Source: Candidatus Iainarchaeum sp.
GTDB lineage: Archaea > Iainarchaeota > Iainarchaeia > Iainarchaeales > DTGL01
Assembly: GCA_038736825.1 (NCBI GenBank)
Contig: JAVYME010000002.1
Span: 1-32,000 of the forward strand
DNA: 32,000 bases
Reading direction: 5' to 3'
Part shown: piece after piece, positions 1 to 5,726 of the stretch
Layout: the number at the start of each line of letters is the position of its first letter
How positions within the stretch are numbered: the first letter of the stretch is position 1
Notes under the pieces: model-generated
Databases searched by the model: none
The model's input: only the letters and a program-made list of their open reading frames with translations
What the model was told of the DNA's origin: nothing
Program-made: the position numbers and the translations under genes

Positions 1-156
1 ATTGAATTCTCTTGAAATTGTTTCAAGGTCGTAAGAGTAATCGGCTTTGCCTAGTGCTCTTTCAAGACATTCCATTGTGGCTTTTCTGGGAAGCACTTTT
101 TCTATTTCCCTTTCAATTAAGGGCTTTCTTTGCGCTAGCAGTTTTTCTATATTCAT
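1..156 (-). CDS. 5' end of a gene running off the left edge (52 codons, MNIEKLLAQRKPLIEREIEKVLPRKATMECLERALGKADYSYDLETISREFN...). Product unknown; weakly reminiscent of polyprenyl-diphosphate synthase N-termini.
   Basis: Absent from the ORF track because it has no stop inside the window. Hand translation of the reverse complement from ATG at 156-154 is stop-free to position 1. Confidence 0.4.
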   Translation of the reverse strand, partial: MNIEKLLAQRKPLIEREIEKVLPRKATMECLERALGKADYSYDLETISREFN

Positions 157-277
157 TTCTTTCACTTGAAAGCAATTGGCTGAAAAGGAATAAAAAGAAA
201 ATGGTTATGTATAAGATGGCCTGGCTTTTTGGCTTTCAGGAATATGGTTTTATTCTTTGTTCTGCCCCCTTCTATTT

Positions 278-1648
278 ATGGGCTTCCTGGAAAAACTGTT
301 TGCAAGCCTTTTCGGTTCAAAAAAATCCAGTAAAAGCAGGAAAGCAAGCTCCAACCAGATAAGCTTTGAAGAAGTAAACCAATTCCTAGAACAAAAGGCA
401 GCAGAGCAAAAAGCCACCTCCCTTGACAAGGAAATCCCAGCAAAATTTGCAGAAATAAAACACACAATCCGTGAAACCAGCGAGCTTTTAGCCGAACTTG
501 AAAAGGAAGAAATCACTGAAGAGGGAAACCAGCGCTTCAGAAAGGCAGTCAAAACAGCAAAAGGCGACGCCATAAAAAAAATCAAAGCAGTTTTAGAGCG
601 AATACAGCCACCCTTCACTGACGATTTAGAGGAAATACGCAATTATTCCAATGAAAGCCTTGAACTCTTGGACAAAAAAATAAGAGCCAGCTCTAAAAAC
701 ATAGCCTACACCAGTTTCCTTTTAAAAGACTCAATGCGAGAAATAGGCAAGCGAATGGATTCCCTTGAAACAAGCCTTAAAGAGCTCTCTGAAATAGTAA
801 AACGCAACGATTTCCTCTTCCAAAAGAAAAGCCTTGAAGCCTTTATTGCCTCCATTAAAAAGGAAAAAGCAGAGCTTTCAATGACAGAAGAAAAAATAAC
901 CGCTTTAGAAAAAACCCTTGAAGCCATAGAAAAAAACAAGAAATCCGTAAAAGCAGCATTGGAAAGAACAATGAATTCAGGTTCAGCAAGAGAACTCCAA
1001 GCCCTGGAATCCAAGAAAAAAGAATTATTATTGGAAAAAACAAAACTAAGGGAAAAATTCCTGGAAACAGTTTTATGCATGGAAAGACCCTTGAAAAAAC
1101 TAGCCAATCTTTCAGAAAAAGGCCTTTTTTCGCTTGGAAGCGATTCAGAAACCACGCTTTCACTCTTTTTCAGGGATCCAGCCCTATTATACAAGAGGGA
1201 CACCAAAGGCGAATCCTTCAAGCGCTTGTTGAAATCCCTCAAAGAAGCAATTGAAAAAGGAAAAATAGAACTAAGCGAAAAAGAAAAAGCCAAAACCCTT
1301 GCAAGCATAGAGGAACTGCTTGAACGCGACTTCTTTTCAGACTTTTTTTGGAAAGAAAACAGCCTGGAAAAAGCCCTCAGGGAAACAGAAGCCAGAGAAA
1401 AAGCCATTTCAGTTAAAACAGAAATTGACACTGCCAAAAAACAACTGGAATCCCTAGAGCGCAATTACAGGGAAACCCTTGCAACACTAACAGAAACCCG
1501 CAAAACAGCAGAAGCCCTCAATAAAAAAATATTTGAATCCATGAAATCCCTTGAAGCAACGCTTTCCAGCCTTACAGGCAAAAAAATAGAAATATTGGAA
1601 GCACAACCGCTTGCTCCAAAAAATCCAGCACTGCAAGAATCAGACTAA
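278..1648 (+). CDS. Coiled-coil protein of unknown function (456 aa from ATG 278; the track ORF begins at an upstream TTG at 257)
   Basis: Long ORF with E/K/L-rich heptad-like composition throughout. N-terminus is MGFLEKLFASLFGSKK. The antisense ORFs (706..1464, 855..1163) are low-complexity mirror artefacts. Confidence 0.7.
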   Translation: MGFLEKLFASLFGSKKSSKSRKASSNQISFEEVNQFLEQKAAEQKATSLDKEIPAKFAEIKHTIRETSELLAELEKEEITEEGNQRFRKAVKTAKGDAIKKIKAVLERIQPPFTDDLEEIRNYSNESLELLDKKIRASSKNIAYTSFLLKDSMREIGKRMDSLETSLKELSEIVKRNDFLFQKKSLEAFIASIKKEKAELSMTEEKITALEKTLEAIEKNKKSVKAALERTMNSGSARELQALESKKKELLLEKTKLREKFLETVLCMERPLKKLANLSEKGLFSLGSDSETTLSLFFRDPALLYKRDTKGESFKRLLKSLKEAIEKGKIELSEKEKAKTLASIEELLERDFFSDFFWKENSLEKALRETEAREKAISVKTEIDTAKKQLESLERNYRETLATLTETRKTAEALNKKIFESMKSLEATLSSLTGKKIEILEAQPLAPKNPALQESD

Positions 1649-1713
1649 AAAAATTTTTAGTCAAAAAACTGCTTTTGCCACTAAAACCGCATAAAAAAAC
1701 TAAAAAAAGAAGT

Positions 1714-1798
1714 GGTGTGAATTCAACCAGAAAGGAAAATCCGAAGAAATTCCCAGTAGCTGCAATTCCGAAGAATTCAGCTTGGTTGAAATCACACC
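1714..1798 (-). ncRNA. Candidate structured small RNA: a three-way junction with two C(UUCG)G-capped hairpins. Class not recognised.
   Basis: Hand fold. P1 pairs 1798-1783 with 1729-1714 (15 WC pairs plus one U.U). P2 is 1782-1758 (10 bp, one bulged G, UUCG loop). P3 is 1753-1734 (6 WC pairs plus two U.U, UUCG loop). Two T7 runs lie immediately 3' on the minus strand (1708-1702, 1699-1693). Confidence 0.35.
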
Positions 1799-1922
1799 AG
1801 ACAAATATATCACCTAAATCCAGTTATTGCTATGCAATTCGCAACACAAACCGTTTTTTCAACTACAGTTTTTAATCCAAACCCTGCGTTTTGCTTTTTT
1901 TCCTTTCCCCTCCAAATCCCTT

Positions 1923-2489
1923 ATGCTTAAAATCGCAATAACCGGCAGCCTTTGCGCTGGCAAAACCACAATAGCCCACTTATTGAAAAGAAAAGGCTTT
2001 ACAGTAATAAGCGTTGACGCAATAATAGCAAAATTATACAAAAAAAAATCCATTGCAAAAAAAATCAAGTCCTTGTTCGGTTCACTGAACAAAAAAACAA
2101 TAGCAGAACAAGCCTTTTCCAATCCAGTGAAAAGAAAAGCCCTAGAATCCATTTTGCACTCCCAAGCAAGAAAAATCCTATTGAAAAAACTCTCCTTGCT
2201 GGAAAAAGAACGCTTTGTTTTCGTGGAAGCCCCGCTATTGTTTGAATCTGGTTTCGAGCAAGACTTTGATTTTGTGGTTGCAGTCTGCGCTCACCCAAAA
2301 ACCCGCCTTTACAGAATGCTTTCCAAAGGCTTTTCAGAAAAAGAATTCCTTGAAAGAGAAAAAGCCCAATTGCCTGAAAAGGAAAAGGTTAAAAGAGCAA
2401 ACTTTGCAATTGATAACAGTGGCTCCATTGCAGAACTAAAACCACAAATTGAAAGACTATTATTAAAACTGGAGGCATTAAATGCCTGA
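1923..2489 (+). CDS. coaE: Dephospho-CoA kinase, bacterial type
   Basis: MLKIAITGSLCAGKTT P-loop at the N-terminus. Length and layout typical of CoaE (VISVDAI..., PLLFESG, AIDNSGS...L near the C-terminus). Start moved to ATG 1923 from the track's upstream start at 1827. 8-nt overlap with coaD. Confidence 0.8.
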   Translation: MLKIAITGSLCAGKTTIAHLLKRKGFTVISVDAIIAKLYKKKSIAKKIKSLFGSLNKKTIAEQAFSNPVKRKALESILHSQARKILLKKLSLLEKERFVFVEAPLLFESGFEQDFDFVVAVCAHPKTRLYRMLSKGFSEKEFLEREKAQLPEKEKVKRANFAIDNSGSIAELKPQIERLLLKLEALNA

Positions 2490-2973
2490 AAGAATTGCAG
2501 TTTACGCTGGAACCTTTGACCCAATAACCAACGGCCACATAGACATCATCAAGCGAGCCCTGAAAATGTTTGATTCAGTAATAATCGCCATAACCACAAA
2601 CCCGAAAAAAACCCCGCTCTTCTCTTTAGAGGAAAGAGTTGCAATGGCAAAAGCCTCAACCAAAAACCTTCAAGGCGTTTCAGTTGAATCCTTTTCCGGC
2701 CTGCTAGTGGACTACTTAAAGAAAAAAAAAGCCCACACCATCCTCCGCGGCTTGCGCGCTTTAAGCGATTTCGAATACGAATTCCAGCAAGCCCTAATGA
2801 ACCGCAAAATGCTTCCAGAAGCTGACACAGTGTTCATAATGACAAGCCCGAAATACTTTTATGTCAGCAGCTCAGTAGTAAAAGAAATCGCCTCCTTGGG
2901 CGGCTCCCTATGCGAATGCGTTCCCAAGCCAGTGGAAAAAGCCTTAAAAGCAAAATTTGCAAAAACCCATTAA
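2482..2973 (+). CDS. coaD: Phosphopantetheine adenylyltransferase, bacterial type
   Basis: AVYAGTFDPITNGHIDII (T/HxGH nucleotidyltransferase motif), RGLRALSDFEYE and SSSVVKEI are hallmark CoaD segments. 163 aa. Confidence 0.9.
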   Translation: MPERIAVYAGTFDPITNGHIDIIKRALKMFDSVIIAITTNPKKTPLFSLEERVAMAKASTKNLQGVSVESFSGLLVDYLKKKKAHTILRGLRALSDFEYEFQQALMNRKMLPEADTVFIMTSPKYFYVSSSVVKEIASLGGSLCECVPKPVEKALKAKFAKTH

Positions 2974-3007
2974 CAAAATTCAAACCCCGAATTCCAAAAA
3001 AGAAACC

Positions 3008-3015
3008 TTTAAATA
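3008..3015 (+). promoter_or_regulatory. TATA-box candidate (TTTAAATA) with a purine-rich BRE-like AGAAACC just upstream, for the pilin gene
   Basis: Matches the archaeal TTTAWATA consensus. A GGAGG Shine-Dalgarno lies at 3098-3102, 8 nt before ATG 3111. Confidence 0.35.
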
Positions 3016-3110
3016 CAGAAAACCCCCATAAATAATGCTATATTGGTGCCATTGGCTGCCTTATGGTTGTTTTTGGCGCCAGTTCTTTGCAAAGAACGGA
3101 GGATGATGAA

Positions 3111-3557
3111 ATGAACAAAAAAGCACAATCTGCTTTAGAATACCTGATGACCTATGGTTGGGCCCTAATCGTGATCGCCATAGTCATTGGAATTTTGTGG
3201 TACGTAACATCAAGTGCAACAGGCGGAGTAACCTGCCAATCCAGAAGCAACAACTTCGTGGTAACGGCACAGGCAGTATCCGCCGGACCAGGGGGAGTTA
3301 GTCTAACACTGCGAAATGGAACAGGACAAACAGTCACAATGGTTAGTGCAACAGGAAGAGGAGATTTTAATGGCGCAGGTGTATTGAGCACTAATACTGT
3401 CGCCCCAAATCAAACAGTTAATATTACTGGGATAAATGCGCCTCCTAATGCAGCCACAAATTTGAGTAATACTTTTGACGATGGAAGAGTAGAGATTGTT
3501 GCCAGCATTGATACGCTTCCAGCAAATTTTGACGTCATCTGCACTGGAAAGGTTTAA
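3111..3557 (+). CDS. Archaeal type IV pilin (class III signal peptide, EppA/DUF361-like, Q at +1)
   Basis: MNKKA/QSALEYLMTYGWALIVIAIVIG: a basic stretch, A/G at -1, Q at +1, E at +5, then a hydrophobic helix. N-x-S/T sequons are present. One Cys follows the helix and one is near the C-terminus. Start set at ATG 3111 behind GGAGG rather than the track start 3063. Confidence 0.85.
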   Translation: MNKKAQSALEYLMTYGWALIVIAIVIGILWYVTSSATGGVTCQSRSNNFVVTAQAVSAGPGGVSLTLRNGTGQTVTMVSATGRGDFNGAGVLSTNTVAPNQTVNITGINAPPNAATNLSNTFDDGRVEIVASIDTLPANFDVICTGKV

Positions 3558-3572
3558 ACTTGCCTTTCCATC

Positions 3573-3602
3573 TTTTTTCTTTTTTTTGTTTGTTGATTTT
3601 TT
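3573..3602 (+). terminator. Oligo-T terminator candidate after pilin 1 (T6, T8, T6 runs)
   Basis: Archaeal termination uses T-runs; three occur within 50 nt of the stop at 3557. Confidence 0.35.
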
Positions 3603-3665
3603 GATTGTCTTCTTCAAGCGCAGGCTTGGCTGTATTGCTCTGTTGGTCGGGAGGGACTGGTTTTT

Positions 3666-4094
3666 ATGAAGAAATTGCTTTTGGCTTTGGGGATAATTGT
3701 AATAATTTTCATTGTTTTTGTTTTTTTGTTAGTTTCTTTTGGAGTTTTTTGGTATGTGACTTCTAGTGCGACAGGCGGTGTAAACTGTAAGTCAGAAAGT
3801 CGTGGATTTGCTGTAAGAGCATTTGCTGTTTTAGCGGGCAGTAGAGGCGTTATGATTACTCTGCAAAATGGCACTGGCAGCGATGTAATTGTAAACTCTG
3901 TGATTGGATCTGGAGACTTTAGGGGCGTGGGAGAGGTTTCGGTTTCGCCGGTGGCTGCAAACCAAACCTTTAAGATTATGGGCATTGATGCCCCAGAGAG
4001 GGGCACCAAGTTTGGCAATGGCAGGGTTACAGTCAATGTCACGTCCAAAGATTTGACATATGACTTTGATGTTGTCTGTTCTGGTCAAGTTTAA
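3666..4094 (+). CDS. Pilin paralogue with a replaced N-terminus (no recognisable prepilin cleavage motif)
   Basis: Globular part aligns with 3111..3557: WYVTSSATGGV(T/N)C, NGTG, GDF.G.G, A.NQT, GRV, FDV(I/V)C.G.V-stop. The N-terminus is MKKLLLALGIIVIIFIVFVFLLV instead. GGGAGGG lies upstream. The in-frame upstream region has a stop at 3594 and no alternative start. Confidence 0.7.
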   Translation: MKKLLLALGIIVIIFIVFVFLLVSFGVFWYVTSSATGGVNCKSESRGFAVRAFAVLAGSRGVMITLQNGTGSDVIVNSVIGSGDFRGVGEVSVSPVAANQTFKIMGIDAPERGTKFGNGRVTVNVTSKDLTYDFDVVCSGQV

Positions 4095-4104
4095 ACCACT
4101 TGTC

Positions 4105-4125
4105 TTTTCCTTTTTTTTCTTTTTA
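4105..4125 (+). terminator. Oligo-T terminator candidate after pilin 2 (includes a T8 run at 4111-4118)
   Basis: T-runs directly after the stop at 4094. Confidence 0.35.
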
Positions 4126-4129
4126 TCTT

Positions 4130-5080
4130 TCTTTCACTTTTAAGTTTCAGTTTTAGGTCGTTTGGGGGGGCTGTTTGGGTTTTGTGTAACATTTTGCATT
4201 GCAGCCAAGGAAGTGTATTTTTTGTGTATTTGTAATTGTACTGTTTACACTAACCCTGCTGTCTGCTTGTTGTTTTTTTTTATTGTGTTACACTTAGTTT
4301 TACACTTGTTTTTGTATTGTATAAAGAGTTTTTTGTGTTTGTTTCACTGGCTTTACAGTGGATTGTACTATTGTGTATGATTGTGTATTTGGCTTTGCTT
4401 TGGCAGGGCTCTTTTTGTATTGCCTTGCCCTTTCTGGTTTCCTTTGTTTTTGGTTTTATTATGGATTGTGCCTTTCTTTGAGTTTTTATTGTAAGGTTTT
4501 ACACTTTTATTGTATTTTTTTGCAGTTTGTTGTGTATTTTTTACAGTTTTTTTTACACTTTTTACTGTAAGCTTTTGCACTTTTTACAGTTTTTTTGCAG
4601 GCTTTTTTTTGGGTTTTGTAATATTGTACAGTTCATGTGCTTTTTACTGTAAAGCAATACAGTATTGTTTCGTTTGGTTGCACTTTTAAGTGTAATTGTG
4701 TTTGTCTTTTGCAAAAGCTTTGCACTTTTAGTGTAATTTCCTACAATTGAATTGCAGGCTTTTTTTGCGTGCTTGCAGTTGCCTTTACACTAATTGTGCT
4801 TTTTATTGTAAAACAAGTAAAATTCAAGTGTAATTTCTGGCGGTTTTAGTGCAGAATTGTGTAATAGTTAGTGTTAGTTTTACTGTATGTTTGCACTTTT
4901 AGTGTTTTGTAATTGTATTTATTGTAAAGGCCAGTGCAATTATACTGTAAAGTGTTTTTTTGCTGATTTTTTTATTGTAAAATCAATGCAATATTTAGTG
5001 CAATAAAAGTGTAATCAGTACAATAGCGTTTACAGTTGTTTTTGCTGTTTTAGTGTAAGCCCGTGCATTTTTGTAGTGGT
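4130..5080. repeat. ORF-free block densely populated by the TT[AG]CA[CG]T motif family and its complement, in two orientation-biased arms
   Basis: Hand count: 16 forward and 10 reverse exact heptamers plus many one-off variants. Several 17-18 bp imperfect palindromes. No credible ORF. See the first finding. Confidence 0.6.
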
Positions 5081-5081
5081 T

Positions 5082-5414
5082 TTATTGTAATGATATTTTG
5101 ATTTCTTTTTTGTTTTCAGGAATTAGTTTTATTTTATTGCCCTTTTTTAAGCCGTAGTATTGGACTAAATCGGCTGGCAGGGTTATTGCTAGGCTTCGGC
5201 CTGCATTTATTATGGGTCTCTGGAAGACGAATTTTGTGTTTATTTGTTCGCTTAATTTCTGCATTTGTTTGCTTGTTGCAAATTTTTCTCCACATTTTGT
5301 GCATTCATAGTAGGGGGAGTTCTTTATTATGATGCGGCCTCCGTCCAATTGGAGTTCTTCGGATTTGAGTTCTGTTTTTCCGTTGCACAAATGGCATTTT
5401 ATCTCTGCTTCCAT
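5082..5414 (-). CDS. Antitoxin-like protein: N-terminal YgiT/MqsA-type zinc ribbon fused to a C-terminal AbrB/SpoVT/MazE-type DNA-binding domain
   Basis: CHLC...(23 aa)...CTKC zinc ribbon. C-terminal GRSLAITLPADLVQYYGLKKGNKIKL is a swapped-hairpin AbrB-like signature. 16-nt overlap with the upstream gene. Confidence 0.65.
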   Translation of the reverse strand: MEAEIKCHLCNGKTELKSEELQLDGGRIIIKNSPYYECTKCGEKFATSKQMQKLSEQINTKFVFQRPIINAGRSLAITLPADLVQYYGLKKGNKIKLIPENKKEIKISLQ

Positions 5415-5659
5415 TTTTTTGCCTCCTCTTCACTGGCTTCCCATAGGGTAAGCACATAGATTAATCCGGGTTTTTCGGCTTTCACTGCAGTTAATATGGT
5501 GTTTTGTATTCCAAAAATGGTTTTGCATTTGTCGTTCTCTTCTTTGATTTTGACTTCTTGTTTTTTTATTGCGAGTTCGATTTCACCGTAATTTAAGCCT
5601 AGCATTGCAGCTCTTTCTGCGAACATGTGCTTGGCGTGCAATGTCCATCTGACAATCAT
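5399..5659 (-). CDS. Small toxin-like protein (DUF4258-like)
   Basis: MIVRWTLHAKHMFAERAAMLGLNYGEIELAI resembles the H-A-x-x-R-M-x-E-R opening of DUF4258 proteins. About 86 aa and translationally overlapped with the Zn-ribbon/AbrB gene. The track start at 5677 is a TTG; ATG 5659 is preferred. Confidence 0.55.
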   Translation of the reverse strand: MIVRWTLHAKHMFAERAAMLGLNYGEIELAIKKQEVKIKEENDKCKTIFGIQNTILTAVKAEKPGLIYVLTLWEASEEEAKKWKQR

Positions 5660-5680
5660 AACTGGATTATGTTGCAAAGA

Positions 5681-5690
5681 AATTATAAAG
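5681..5690 (-). promoter_or_regulatory. TATA-box candidate (minus-strand CTTTATAATT) 21 nt upstream of ATG 5659, implying a leaderless or near-leaderless transcript
   Basis: AT-rich octamer at the distance expected for an archaeal TATA box relative to a leaderless start. Confidence 0.3.
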
Positions 5691-5726
5691 CAATACTTGA
5701 TTATAATTTGGTATTGCTATTTGCTT

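Noticed and set aside
706-1464. Antisense ORFs 706..1464 and 855..1163 (-) within the coiled-coil gene, and ORFs 12..362 (+) and 250..642 (-) at the left edge
   Set aside because: They are Ser/Phe/Leu-rich mirror translations of E/K-rich coding DNA. The + strand ORF is longer and coherent.
1714-1798. tRNA, 5S rRNA, C/D-box or hammerhead identity for the structured element
   Set aside because: It is a three-way rather than four-way junction and has no T-loop or anticodon arm. The arms are far too short for 5S rRNA. There are no UGAUGA/CUGA box pairs in the right places, and no CUGANGA...GAAA hammerhead core.
1675-1875. 66-aa ORF spanning the structured element
   Set aside because: It is a Lys/Asn-rich low-complexity peptide that begins at a TTG with no convincing ribosome-binding site. 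The sequence is better explained by the hairpin-rich element and flanking A/T runs.
3614-4088. Minus-strand ORFs 3614..4048 and 3831..4088, and 3152..3391 and 3303..3617 antisense to the pilin genes
   Set aside because: The + strand products have clear pilin features and paralogy to each other. The antisense products have none.
4162-4580. Track ORFs 4162..4380 (+), 4358..4570 (+) and 4368..4580 (-) inside the motif block
   Set aside because: The products are Cys/Phe/Leu/Val-rich or Lys/Asn/Thr-rich strings, as expected from T/G-rich DNA and its complement. There is no start context, the ORFs overlap each other, and the region right of 4580 has no ORF at all. I treat them as composition artefacts.
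4130-5080. CRISPR array hypothesis for the repeat-rich block
   Set aside because: The repeated elements are only 7-11 nt, degenerate, occur in both orientations and are irregularly spaced. There is no constant 25-40 nt repeat alternating with unique spacers, and no cas genes are in the window.
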